Below are positions 47,644-60,999 of a stretch of 64,000 nt of DNA, piece by piece. The notes beneath the pieces were generated by a model that did not search any database, was not told the DNA's origin, and saw only the letters and a list, made by a program, of their open reading frames with translations. The DNA is from Perkinsus chesapeaki ATCC PRA-425. Its lineage: Eukaryota > Protista > Perkinsozoa. The stretch lies in contig JAAPAO010000017.1 in assembly GCA_013115145.1 (NCBI GenBank), positions 62,001 through 126,000 of the forward strand, written 5' to 3'. Numbering within the stretch: the first letter of the stretch is position 1; every line of letters starts with the position of its first letter. A program made the position numbers and the translations under genes.

Positions 47644-48758
47644 CTAGGGCTTTAGCTTGGCAATCCCCAATTTCATTTCGATCGGTTGGTATTCAATATA
47701 GTTACCGACAAGCGCACAAGCAGAAAGCTCCCAAGAGTCATCCGCGACCTCTGTGATCATAACAGTGCATAACCGGTCTCCAGCATACTTTCTTACATAA
47801 CCCTTAAACGAGATTTCCAAAGGAACGCCTCCATTTGGTCCGAGATTGAAGGTTAGTGTTGGCATAAATATCCTCGAAGAGCATTCCATCCGGTATACTT
47901 CTTCCTCTTCATCCCATTTGATATCGACCACCGACCCACGGATCGTAGAGGCAGCTGATGCGAGTTGCTTCGCCATAACAGCGAAATGCGGTTGTGGAAT
48001 CCCGATGTATTTGTCACCAGTATGAATAGTGGCTCTCTGGTTGATCCCCAGAGTTGTTTCTCCTGCCTGTATGGACAGACTGCGTAGCTCTACAACGTAG
48101 TCATCAATACTTAACAATAGTACATAACGTAATGGAATCACGTATTTTGTTGGATCCACTCCTCCCAGAATGAGATTACCAAAGAATACATCAGGTCGTC
48201 CAGTCGGTTTCAGAAAGAGAGTGAAAGTTGCCGTTCTCAATACCCTCCTGGATCTCAGCTGGTCCATTAGTGAAAACCCAGTTCCGTCGATGTCAGGTTT
48301 GAGACCAAGATAGTTAGCTGCTGGGGAAATAAGGGGAGGTGGGTCTTGGCCACCAATCAAACCGAAAGAGATCGGACCCACACCAAGAACTTAGCTTCGT
48401 ATTCAAATACCACCACATCAGCCTGGCCGACTTGGAAAGTCATTCTCGAACCATGAGGGCAAGGTTCGGGACAGGAGAAGCAGGGGAATATCGAAGTATC
48501 ACAGGCACCAGGGTGGGTTTCATTTTCGTACCACTCTTTCCAGACTAACAAAACTGACCTCAACTTGGTATCAACTATAGACCTCATTCTCCCCCCATTG
48601 ACGGCCATGCTACCATATATGCCGTACCCTTCTTCCGAAAGCTCTTTGTAAAATATATCGAGTGCGATACCTTTACTCTCGGACTCACTCATTGCCATGA
48701 GCCAGATGAGGCATATTAGCATTGGCTTCACATACGAGCAGCAGAATCGAGAAGTCAT
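47644..48758 (-). pseudogene. Pepsin-like aspartic protease paralog with a 1-nt frameshift near 48385 and both catalytic motifs altered
   Basis: Highly similar to 35565-36677. A single-base loss in GCT AAG TTC TT GGT shifts the frame; the motifs read IVDTKL and ATIHTGD. Confidence 0.8.
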
Positions 48759-49900
48759 AAGGTCTCAGTAGTGAGATTATAGAAGTATTCGCACGGTGGT
48801 TCTTGACGCCGCGGAGCGTGACGTATGCGTGACTCACGCTTATAGCGCCATGTAGTCGGGTAGTACGGAAGCATCGCTAGGGACTCGACATGGTTATGTT
48901 ATGGCGTACTCGTATTAAGCTACCCAACTTGCCAAAATATAGCACTTGTATTCGAATCTTGGATGGTGAATGGATGAGCTATCTCACTTGCCCATTTGCG
49001 ACCTGATTATCGCATTATATTCTTGTATGCGCCGTCGCCTGCTCCCTTGAACATGCGTGTACTAGCATTTGGCGTGTAATGATACCACCTTAACAATGAG
49101 GATAAGCATTCTACCCCAGGAGTGAGGAAATAAAACAGGGTACTTGAATTGAAGTAAAATAATTACTAACGTATAAGCCGGATAAGTGGTTACCTATTAC
49201 GCAATACCAAGCATGGAAATGTGTATTACATGCGCCCTCGAAATAAGGTTTTCCTGCGTACATTTTCGTGCGTACTTATCCGTTCGGTAGACTCCATTGG
49301 TGCTACTAATGATTTATTACGAACTTAGCAAGTTTAGCTCCTATAGCAGACAGTTTACATAGACTAACACTCGGTAGGTGCATTATCGGATTTGATCGCC
49401 ACGGGAGGGAGAATTGTGTAGACAATTTATTTCGAAGGGACTCAAAAAGATCAACGTCACCAAATCATCGTTTCAAATCACCGTACGGCCAGAGATAAAC
49501 CATGTTTGCCACTTTACATCGCGAATCAGGAAGCACTGTAGTTGGGGTGCAAAAAGATGGTTCTAGTTGAGCGGTTCTACCAAGGGAAGAGCACGAGCAG
49601 CAGGAGTCGCAGCTTGCCTCCAACAGTGCATCATAGTCGTCTAAAAGACACCTAGTGAACACAGAAGCAAAGCCGGACAAACGGATGACAAACTCCCTGC
49701 AACTTGCAAGCTGCAAGTATGGTATCGATCTACAAGGACTGGTCGATAATTCAATACAGTTCTATAGCGGCCTTGAGCCGCACCAAAGTCTGCTTATCAT
49801 AACCGCACTGTGCAGTGAGCGTACAGACTGTACAGTATAATATACTATGCTGGGAGAATTGTTATTTGTTACTATGGTTCGATACTATCAGGCCGATAGA

Positions 49901-50065
49901 CTCAACACAATTAGGTTGTTATTTGATCTATCAATTGAATTCCATGACTCAATATGCTATGCATTGTCATGCAGTAGGACAGATAAGTCCCTCACTGAGG
50001 GCGGCTCAGGCCAAACTTGGCTTTTATATGGGGACCTATCATCGTAATCGAAATGTAGCAATACA
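49901..50065 (+). repeat. 165-bp dispersed repeat, copy 2
   Basis: Direct repeat of 42794-42958. Confidence 0.9.
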
Positions 50066-50159
50066 TAGCATTATTGCCTCCACGAAGCTGAACCGATCCT
50101 CCAGCCGAGACCCTCAACCGAAGCATCCACATAATTGCTGCGGCTGCTGCCATCCTAAG

Positions 50160-52251
50160 AGGGTTTTATAATCATCTTGTCCTCATTATTTGCCGACTTT
50201 GTCGCGCCAGAGCTAGCCGCGGCGTTGACCACTCTGCTCCCAAAGCTGCAAGATGCTGCACCACCTTCGAGCTTCGAAACTGCTAATGACTGAGAAGCAT
50301 CGGTTGCATAATGCAACTTGCATCATTTGAAGTGTACGTCGACCTACGCTAGAGTTCTGCATTTTCCCACTGAGTGCAGCACGACTTGACAACACCCTTG
50401 CAGCCGTCTGCCATCGTTTCTTGAGAGCTTCCAACTCGGAGTTCTTGCTATCCACCTCAACTTGCAGACCCTTCAGATCAGTCTGTGCCTGACGCAGGAC
50501 ACTAGCGGATGGCACCAAAATGAGGAGCTCTGCGTGCGGCGGTACAGTGTACTGATTACACCAAGTGTAGTAGTGCGAATTATGCGGTCTCTCTGTTTCA
50601 CGTACAGTGCCTCTGTAGTGTTCTGTCTGTACTACAACGCATGTATCGACTGTGACAATCTGACGCCAGTCAGTCAGGTGAATTTAATGAGATTCAGATA
50701 AGTTTATATAGGGTGATTTGGTGACTGTCTTCTTACCCATCGTCTGCTACCTCGAGGTTTTGTAATACAAATGCAGGGCGGCGCATCGCACTGTGCGGTA
50801 ACAATGCACTATGGCCAAATTTGTGGTTACCAATAATGGACGGGTTGAGTTTAATCAATTCTGGGTTGGTACACGCATAAAAAAAGTTTGAACTCTCTGT
50901 GTTGCACCACAATGACGAAAATACAGGTTTAGGAAAACTCAGTATGTGAATACTGGAAGCCATGGACGAACCACTTTCGAACTCGAGATGATCCACTAGC
51001 TCTACAAAAATGTGCATTCGCAGACACGATCGAGATATCCCTGCCTCACTTTCTCAACCTCGGCCTTCAAGGCATCGACCTGCCACCTCAGAAAGCGCAC
51101 TCTCAGGGTAGCATAGGTTAGTGTAGAAAGAACAACAGCTGCACAAGCTATATAGGGTAGTCGACCTGGTACATATTCACAGCCTGCTATTGTATTTCAC
51201 CCTCACCTTTCACTTCCTTCAAGGCTCTTGTGATACGAGATCGTGCGTGGCTGTCATCGATAAGGCCAAATGCACCGAAGTGACTGAAACAGCTGTCCGG
51301 CAAGCGCGGGAGCGGGACACCTACTCTATAGACACTTTAGTGACCATTGAGGGCTTATTAATTGTTGAGGTCGACGACATTGTTAGTAAAATAATTGGGC
51401 AATCAACTGACGGTAGAGATTCCGGTCGTTCCACGAACTCAATAGAAGAGATGCTATCACGGACAAGTATAATAGCAGGTATCGAGTACCGAACAACTGC
51501 CAGACTTGCCAGTGCGGAAGAAGAGCTGAAGCTCTTGAGATTCTGCTGTCGCATCATGCTCTACCCAAGCATTGACCAAAGGTGAGAGGTAGTGGAACAT
51601 GCCAGACAGCACGATGGAAAGATCTCTCCCACGGGACCGTAGAAGGTACGCTAGCTGGAGCTCTGGCGATGTGTAAAATACGTCGGCGAGTTCCTAAGCA
51701 GTGAGTCCTCTCTTTTGTCAGAGTCTAACTTGATTTATCGAAAGTTAGTGCACTCTACAGTATTATATAGAAATCGGTTCCGTGTTACCTCGCGGCGTTC
51801 CAGAATGATGCCAAAGGGTGAGTCCATAGCAACCTCGATGATATCTTCAAGCGCGGTCTTATACCCTACCAAAAAAGATAGAGCAAGCAGATGGATGCCA
51901 CCCTACTGCTCAACAGAGCTCCTGCCTGATCTCAAGGCTCCCGGCTGCGTAATTCCTGGAGCTCTCTCTGTCTTCTCACGGCACAGCCCAAAGCTAGCGA
52001 AGCTAGTCGCCGATTAGCCAGGGCGATACCGCTCGGCAGGAAAGTCTGAAAGACAGGTAAGGGTACAGCAGAGACTCCACCGTTTCAGATTGTACTGAGA
52101 GCGGATCCTCGTTGGCGAGGGCCTTGGCTATTTTGGCGGTGACCAGCCGATCCTCCGCAGCTGAGGGCTGAGCCACCTCGGTTAGGTCAAATAGAAGGAA
52201 ATCGAGGATGTGGCGGAGAATGGGAACATCCAAGGCCATCAACTGGGTCAT
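50160..52251 (-). CDS. Multi-exon protein with an N-terminal F-box-like motif and a C-terminal coiled coil (3' end approximate)
   Basis: MTQLMALDVPILRHILDFL is F-box-like; coiled-coil exons VRFLRWQVDALKAEVEKV and QAQTDLKGLQVEVDSKNSELEALKKRWQ. Confidence 0.5.
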
Positions 52252-52413
52252 AGGGGACCTACACAACTATCGATATGAGATACGGTTATCACTGGCAGAC
52301 CAATTCAACAAGGATCATATTGACACCACCCAGGTAGATAACAGACACATCAACACACACAAGTGAAAGAGAACATGCAGGGCTTGAAGGGCAGGGCGCA
52401 GGTAAGAGAAAGT

Positions 52414-55400
52414 TCAGATAAGAGTGTCGATGTCGGGCAGGTCATCAACCGTCCATGTGGAAGTACCTAAGCTTAGCTCTCTCGACTTATAGCGGAGTGG
52501 GAAAGACTGACCGGAAACAGCACCACTATCACGGACAACGCGGAGTTTCTTCGGGCCGCCCGGGTCTCGAAGTGAGGTCCCCTGTAGGTCCATCAGTTGA
52601 GCTACTCCAGCCATATCAACCGCTCGAACAAAGGCGAAACTGAAGTGAGCGAATTAACAATAGCCATGACGTGGTCTGCCCACCGGCGAGGCTTGAGGGT
52701 TATCGGGCACGCGAGGACTTTGCACTCTGTTAATCGAATGCCTTTCTTGCTTGTTAACCATTTGGAAAGGTGTTCTTGATCCATATCTAGAACATGACCA
52801 ACAGACGGCAATACTACAGGAACCACTCAATTGCAGCGTCACCAGATGGAAGATTCTCGAGCCTCACACCTAAGAAGGCGGACTTCCCCATGCTACTCAA
52901 AGAGCCTCGGCGACCCTTCAACAGAGATAAACCTACAAAAGCTCAACAGAAGCTACTGAGAGCTGGCATCTCACCGTCGAGCTTGAGAGAAGCCCTTCTC
53001 ATGCTTTCCTTCTTCCTTGATCTAGCAGCTGGTAGCAAGCTTTGGCTCAGTTCATGATGACCAGAGTGCTTCGCTATGTCGGATGCCGTCCGACCTGAGC
53101 TTACACACTCAGTATGCTATCGGCATCAACAAGGAGCACCTTCATTGTCCTTCTGACTGCATGATCCACCAGAACAGATGAGAAGGTCAGCCATGTCAGC
53201 GCGGCCCATCTCAGCGCAGTGCATCAGAGGCGTCCACCCTCGGCTGCTGTCGGCGTACTTGAGCTGTCAGCAGGGAATTCAGTGCACCGCGAGGCAGCTC
53301 CTTCCTACGTGATCGATCTCGTCTTCACGTTGCACCTCCGAGAAGACCCTCAAGAAAGCCCTCAGATCCACTGCGGTGACACCACGGTTTCTGATGAGCA
53401 GCATCAGCGCCGATCTTCCATCCTTGTCGGTCGCCAACAGACTGAAGTACAGCAGCACTCAAGCACAAAGCAGTGATCATGTACCGTACGCCTTGTCTCT
53501 CTCCTGCTCGACAATGTTTTGGTATAGGGCCAAGGCTGTCTCGACGAAGCCAGCAGCGCATGCTACAAGTATCTAATGATCGGGTAATCGTACGAGGCAT
53601 ATTGCATCCCTCCAGTAGTCACTCACTGCGTTCATGCCTCTGCTATCGACGACATGGATGGAATGCTCATTCACATCACGTTCATCCGGCGGCCTAGCAA
53701 CTGCGCTAGGCCGTCCGAAAGAGCTACGAGCCGGCAAAGCGGGAGCGATGGCAAACAGTGGCCGACTCAGTATCTCCAGACACGCCTCAGTTGATCCACT
53801 GAAACGACACTTCAACTGCGGAAAGCACGAATGGAGGCTAGTCCTACCAGTCAGCTGCGTAAAGCAGCGCAGTGAAGCGTCTTGACGGAGAGAGGTCCGC
53901 TGCCGTCAAGAGCTTTTTATTGGAAGGCTCGAGTGTGTCGACGGCCAGCTTGACTGTGGCCCGGTTATCCGACTTGATCGCCAGAGACAAGAGGGTGTCA
54001 CCTGCAGCAGTTCAACAAACATGCCACTGCTGGGGGTTCTTCAAAGGGTACCAGTGAAAGAGACGTCGTGTGCCGGACCATCGACCTTGGCACCGGCTTC
54101 GATGAGCATAGCGCAAATCTCAGAGTGACCAGCGGCTGCCGCAAAGTGGATGGCCGTCCAGCCTCCGAGCCTCTCGCGGATGTCCGTTCCTGAAGTTGAG
54201 ATTCAGCAGTGGGTCAGCGGGGTAGTGGGCTTACTGGCACCCGTCCTTAATAGAGTCTTTGCCAAGAGATGCAGGCCCCTAACGAAGCGATTCTATCTGC
54301 ATATTTGGGGACAAAGACTGACCTCATGCAGGTCCACATCAGGGCCGACATCTTCCGCCCTTCTTGGTCGTCATCTACGGTGTCCGGAGAGGCACCAGTC
54401 TCAAGGCACTCTTGCAGCTAAAGTCGAACACTGCAACCATCACCACTAGGGGTCAAAGCTTACTGCGGCAACTTGGGCTTCCTGTTGCTCCTCGGAGGCG
54501 CCACATGTCTTCGCAATGTCCAGCAACCTGTAGGTTGCTGCTCTAAGCCCAGTACCGACACCGGTGTTACCGATCAGTTGCCTCGGCCAAGTCCAGTAGT
54601 TTCTTCCGGGTCTTTTGCAACATTCTCTGATTCACGGTATCATCTTCATCAGGAAGAGACAATAGGTCCACTGCTACTCTAGGGTCAGCACCTGTCGGCA
54701 GAGTAACCACAGGATGATGACTGGGGAGCTAACCTCTGGCAATAAGGAGCTTCACAGCATCCATCGACCCATCCAAAGTTGACTGGGCGACTGTGCCCCA
54801 GTGTGTCCGGTCGTCAGCTCCGTACTCGATAGCATCGGCATCGGCGGTATCTATTGGAAGAGCTCCGCAAGGGATGGAGGCCTGTTGGCCTTACTTGGTT
54901 CCGCAGTGGCCGGGCAAGTGCTGCCCTCATCAACGCCTGCCGCAATGAGTTGCTTCATTCCGTCTAGGTCATTGGTCTTAGCCAGTCTGAATGAAGAAAC
55001 GATAACCGTCTGGGAAGCTTGCATGGTTGTACCTAAGAAGCTCTCTATTAATCTGTGATGCGCCTTGCAGCCACTCGATTGCTTTCAACTGATGCTCGAC
55101 TAAAACAGGGGTTCCGCCATTTACGAGCTCCTCGGTTACACACCTGAATCCACTGGCTGATGGCCCCACCGGTCTTCCGCGTCCAGTCGGCAGCCAAACT
55201 CGCGTGCTAGTATACCAACCTGACCAGAGTTCCAATGCTGTGCGCTACAGGCAGGAGTCGCTCCTTACGGTGCTGAGTTTGCCCTGCCGAGCCGCCCAAT
55301 GAAGGCTGGTCTGGCCGTCCATGTCCTGGGAATCTACACCGTCACCGTGGTCGTAGCTGTCAGCTCTTGGCACTGCTGCAGCTTTAGGTCTGAGAACTTA

Positions 55401-56460
55401 TCCACCACAGGGCTCCGATGACTATCGCGTTACGGGTTCCGAATAGCGGTGGCCAGGAATCTCACACACTCGTCATGGCCGTTCATAGCTGCCCAATGGA
55501 GAGGCGTCCAGCCCCGACGATCGGGTCGCTGATAGAACACATAGTAGCGCCGTTCAAACATCCACTCTTTACTTCGATATCAGCCTTCATATTTACAAGT
55601 AGCCTAGCCATGGCCACGTTGCCCCGGCGACAAGCGATCTGATTAGGATCTCACTCTGCTAGCCGACAGAAGGTTCGTTACTGATAATGCTGTCACGTCT
55701 TCCTCGCTTCCAGGTGACTCTAGGAGCAGATGAGGAGGGAGCTGCTTCTGATGGGGACCTGATAGAGTGAGGGCGCCATCTGTCCGGGGACGTTCGGGCG
55801 GAGTATGATCGTAATAATGATGTGATTAACGGACATTAATAACATCACGATCGATTAACTATTCAAAGGGCCTTCCCTTACCCTCCGCGGCAACAGTCTG
55901 ATGAAGCCCATCATACCGTGCAAAGACCTTCATTAAAGGGTCCCCCTTATCGCCTGGATGTTGGGCAGCTATCATGGGCAGTGACCACCCGAACTCATCG
56001 TGACAGCTGAGACTTGAATGCGATTCCCAAGTAAGGGGAGAGGCCCCCACCTGGCTATCTCTTCCGGGTCGACGTCATGGAAAGCTTTGTCAAGAGCCAC
56101 AGAGTTCATCTTGCGGCACGCAGCAATAGCAGCCTTCTTATCGAGCCGACGACTGTATCTGAGAGTGAAGATGCATTAAGTTCGCACTCGTATAGAGTTA
56201 CACTTTAGCCGGTGGAGTCGGTGGGACTTCATCTTCCTTGTCTCCCTCGACAGGATCCTCAACAAACGACTCGCTGCCAACCCTGGACTTCTTCTTCTTC
56301 AAAACCGACTGTTGTCTGGTTGGCACCGTCAGGCTGAAGTATAGGGGATGTAAGCTGCCAATCATATCGGCAGCTACTTTTTCGACTCCGTTGCGTGTTT
56401 CTTGCCGTCAGCCTCTGCATGACTGGGAGGCGCGCCTCTTCGCGAAGATGCAGCCGTCAT
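52414..56460 (-). CDS. Large ankyrin-repeat protein, multi-exon
   Basis: Ankyrin motifs DEFGWSLPMIAAQ, GNVAMARLLVNMKADIE, DSQDMDGQTSLHWAARQG, FGWTAIHFAAAAGHSEICAMLIEAGAKVD and GSMDAVKLLIARG. Confidence 0.75.
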
Positions 56461-56556
56461 TGCAGATGTCTGCTGCGCCCAAAATCATGATCGAGGGGCA
56501 TTGACCAACACCAGAAAAATTCTGCCTCAGAAACGGAGAAATGATCTCCAACAACA

Positions 56557-57501
56557 TCACCAATAAAGGTGCATGTTAACGCCCTCAACGACCGGTTTCA
56601 CCGGCACCACTTCGTTAACGTCTGCCAGGCGCCATATCCTGCCAGATTCAGTAATAGGGACGAAATTGTCGTCTAAGGGATGCGTTGGGTCCGGCTCGTA
56701 CCTACAGAGGCGAGTGACGCTACCGCGAAACAGTGAAGCTGTGAATAATAACAGGCGGCTAATAGGCGCCTATCATTGAGCTTACTCCATGCCAGCTTCC
56801 ATTATCACTATGTGCTCTGCAACTGGACCAGAGTTTCCAGAAGATGGATCCTCTCCATTAGGATAGCCAACCAACTGAGGAAGCGAGAACCTCCAGAATG
56901 CGCAGAGCCGCCAAGCTTACCGGGTCCCCGTGATGGTCCTCTACCCAGTAGGTCTGCCTTAAGTTAACGACAATGTGCATCCGAGCAACCAGACCTTAAC
57001 TTCAACCGTACCCCGCTCGTTGTAGAGGAAAGCTCTCACCTGCCCCTCGGGCTAGCTGAATGGCGTCTCGGTAGATGTGCCGCTTCTCGGTACAGTAGCG
57101 ATTCCCGTAGAACCGGTACAAGTCCATTTGTGGATCTGAGATGGAGCACTCGCTCAAGGTACTCTATCGGGATTTTTCGAGCGTCTCGTTTCCATGGCGG
57201 GCGCGGGAGACAACGAGAATGACGCGCATCACGGGCGCAGGAAAACCGTTGCTATGGAGATGATCAGCGTACCTAAATTCTCACTGAATTTTTCAATACC
57301 CGTTAATTGAAACAACAGTTTGGCAGTGCGCTGCCATCCGAAAACAGTCGCACTGTGATATTTTAGAAAGGACTGCGTCACGTTACCCGTCTCCTTGGTC
57401 CCAGCTATCCAGAACTGCTTGTCAACACGGGACCCTGCAAATTTATGGATCTCGAATTTGTGCCGTATGTTTCCTAAAACAGATATCGACACTGTCCTCA
57501 C
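56557..57501 (-). CDS. Hypothetical protein, paralog A of a tandem pair
   Basis: Exons IHKFAGSRVDKQFWIAGTKET, KRHIYRDAIQLARGA and TYWVEDHHGDP; terminal VVEGVNMHLYW*. Confidence 0.5.
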
Positions 57502-57624
57502 AGAGAAGGCACACTTCCAACCACGGTCTCACGGTTCCTCTTGAATTCAGAGACCGACTCGGTGAACGCAATCCGTGTCTCAAGTTCCTATTATAGAGGG
57601 CGAAATGAACACTTCCGAAACATG

Positions 57625-57697
57625 GCTCCGCTAGCTCAGTAGGCAGAGCGTGTGGCTGTTAACCACAAGGTCGGTGGTTCGAACACATCGTGGAGCG
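57625..57697 (+). tRNA. tRNA-Asn(GTT), T-stem imperfect
   Basis: GCTCCGCTAGCTCAGTAGGCAGAGCGTGTGGCTGTTAACCACAAGGTCGGTGGTTCGAACACATCGTGGAGCG; anticodon GTT; followed by CTTTT. Confidence 0.88.
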
Positions 57698-57939
57698 CTT
57701 TTACTATCCAATTAGCATCGAACACTAATCTCTACCTATCTTTGCTTCTGCTATCGTTGCTCGAATGTGCGCCTCCATAGCTGGAGTAAAACAGTTGAAG
57801 TCGCCAGCACTTTCATCTTGGCGACCTGCTCGAGGATCATATGCACACAAGCCAGACAGACCGCCCCACAACTTACTCGCAAGCTCTGCTATTCTGGCTA
57901 GGCAAAAATGAGCATCGTCGATAATGCCCTGAGAATAGC

Positions 57940-59709
57940 TTATGGGACTACAAGGAGCGTTGAGGGAAAGACGCAATTACGAGAAACCGCAGCTTGCAGC
58001 ACCTTCTGCCATCCTGTATGGAACCACTTCGAAAAACCACTCTTTTTGAAAAGGGAGGGTGCTATCTCGTGAAGCTCGGAAACTACGGCACAGGACGCGT
58101 TAGCTGACAGCTTATTGACGAGGTGCATCCACGGCACAAATTCCGTCAGAGTAGGACGTCCCAATAGAAGCGACATCCAGCGTTTTAAACAAGAACTTTT
58201 GTACGTCCGATATGGTTTTGGTTCTCCACAGTTGGCAACAACACCACCACAGGGTAATGACAGAAACGCTATTGAGGGATGTACAAAGACGTAACATGAA
58301 AATGCTCACCACTGGGAATACACACCACCAGTCGTTATCACACCATTGGCATCAGCTATCTTCCACGGATTGGCCTCTGTGGACACCGGTTTCATGCGAG
58401 GTATGCCGGGGGGTAAGGGGTCGTCAGATATTTCTGGTGCACCTTCCGCCCTGAAACCACCCTGGTCACCGGTGCTTCAACTGCGTGTCTACTCAAGGGC
58501 ACATTCGAAGGCGAAGGAGTGAGATGCCAGCGTCTTCCCTGATAGTGTCCTGCAGTCCACGAAATCTCGGGAGCCGAATACCTGCAGACTGATCAACCGC
58601 ATGATCGGCAGCTCCGCAGCGGCCCACCTTCTCCCCGTTGCGTCCCTCCACCCAGTAGGTCTGTCGAACATTCGCCACCATATGAACCCGCAAGACCATA
58701 CCTGAGATAGCCCAGTAACCCCAGCTGCAGCAGTCAGGTCTTTTTGCTACCCTTAGCTCGCACCAACTGCATCAACTCTGTATGGGTGTTGACAGGTTCT
58801 GTCGAAAGTCTGAAAGAATCCTCGAAGGGATAGTAGCCTCGGTGGCCCATTCCTGAATCCACAACTTCTGCCATCCTAACCTAGCAGTGACCTCCTAACC
58901 TGGCTCTGTCGTCCCCGCTATATAGTAAGCCCGGTCGACCCGTGCAGCCGGTATCGAATAAAAATCAAGCTGATGGATGATGTCACCTAAGTACGCATCC
59001 AGCCCAACGGCCTTCCAGCAGGCTACCTCTCTCAACCGCTTCTAGGACCATGCGAACATGTTCCCGCATGGGCTCGGTAAGTGGCAAGGTTGACAACGTG
59101 GGCTCCACTGTAAGCGTGTCTGAAGGGAAAGCTACTACCAAGTGTTAAGGACTAGTAGAGACTTGATCGCGCAGAGACAGCAAAGGGTTCTTCGTGTCGT
59201 ACACACGTTACCGTCCAAGCAGATAGACTATTACCATACTTGTATAATACGAGTCGTATTACGCCACGTCAAAGAAATACCAACCACCCACAGTCGCCCA
59301 CAGAAGTTCGGTACAGAAGAAGGATGTCGCAATAAGATATCTCCTAAGCTGCTCATTTACTAGTCTCAGTGTTTTCACAATACCAATCTCTATCGTACTC
59401 GATGCCGCTGCCAGCTTCCGCATCTGCTCTTCAGCTTGTTTCAGGAAAACCTACCACAGTGACATACATCTCCACTGCGCACTGGGAGACTTCTACCCAT
59501 TGCCACCCCAAAGTGAGCCAGCTGGTCATCGGACTTTTTCCGAATAGCCTCGGGCACATCTTATGGGCCTCTGCTATGGCCTGATGGGTGTTGGTCTTTT
59601 TCCACAACACATGCAAGAAACCATTGTAGTTGATGGGCACATGTGTCCCTATCATTAACACGCCCGCCCCGGCGCCTTGGTTCAATAATGCAGATGTAGT
59701 AGAGGCCAT
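57940..59709 (-). CDS. Hypothetical protein, paralog B of a tandem pair (boundaries uncertain)
   Basis: Exons LDFYSIPAARVDRAYYIAGTTEP and TYWVEGRNGEK match paralog A in order and intron context. Confidence 0.45.
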
Positions 59710-60999
59710 ATTAATGGCGCTAATACGGATTCTTCAAGCATGGCTGGCGAACACACCTCACTTAGTGGAAGTGATACTAATGCATATGCTACTAATCACT
59801 GTACAGTCCGTTATTATCATACTGCAGTTTATGCCCCTTAGTAGCCCCTCTATATCATTTCGGTGTAATCGATTTCTTCGAATATCAGTGCCATGTGTGA
59901 GAGTTCAGGTCCCTCATTCGTAGAGGATTATACCTATACTATTTTAACAGTCTAATTCAACCTTAACGTGTCCGCCCTAAACTCTCCTTGGTTGTTGTGA
60001 TCTGCAAAGTCGCACGGAAATTCCTCCACGTATCCTTAGCATACACACTTGGCTTGAGGAAAGCCTAACAATGGGGATGTATTCTTGTACATACGCGCGC
60101 GATGAAACGAACTTCGCCAGTGGAAAGAGCCTAACACTCTACAAAGGAGAGACCTCGACTCTCACACACAGGTACTATATGCGGGAAAAAACTGATTATA
60201 CTTCAACCTGTGGAGAGGTGTATATTTTGTACTTAAGTTTCAACCGATATCTCCCTTAATACAACGAAATATTCTATTTCATTGGGGAGGGCTGTAGCAG
60301 CTCTACACGTAGACACCCAACACAACCACCTCGTCGGCCGTAAGTACTCAGGCATTGAGTCAACACAAATGAGGATGCCACTAGAAACTCTCGTGAAACA
60401 GTGAAACAGTGTGGGAAAGCATGGAGTCCCTAAGTCTTCTGTTTTTTCCTCATGGAATGCTCCCCGCCGCCAACTCTATCACAAAACTCGGAAAAATTCA
60501 GACACACGGTGATCCTCTCTTCGGGTATGCCCGCGCCCCTCAGAGCCTCGTAGGTGTGGCCAGGACCGCAGCCGTGAACTTTAACCTAATGGTTGAATCT
60601 TAGACACGAGAAGGAAGGAGCGGTATGACTAACATCATGTATGGCAAAACCGACACCCACGAGCAGTTCCGAGTTCGGCGGTCCGAGAATTTTTTGCGAG
60701 AAGTACTACTTCTGAAGTAGTATGGTAGATTTAATCAACACAGTTTGATGCAACTGTGAATCCCCCCACAGCGCGATAGTACAGCCCGACGCCATGTTTA
60801 AAATTTCACTCTTTAACACTCAATATTGAGTGACGAATCGATAAGAAACGGAATATTCTATTTCATTGCGTCGGGCTGTAGATCACGAACTTACCCTATC
60901 GACCAGACCAGTAGCTAGCCTCCGAGCCTCGCTGAACGCTGAGCCGCTACCCCAGAAAATATGTGTGGCTGTTTTAAGATCGGCCGGGCAGCTTTCCAC

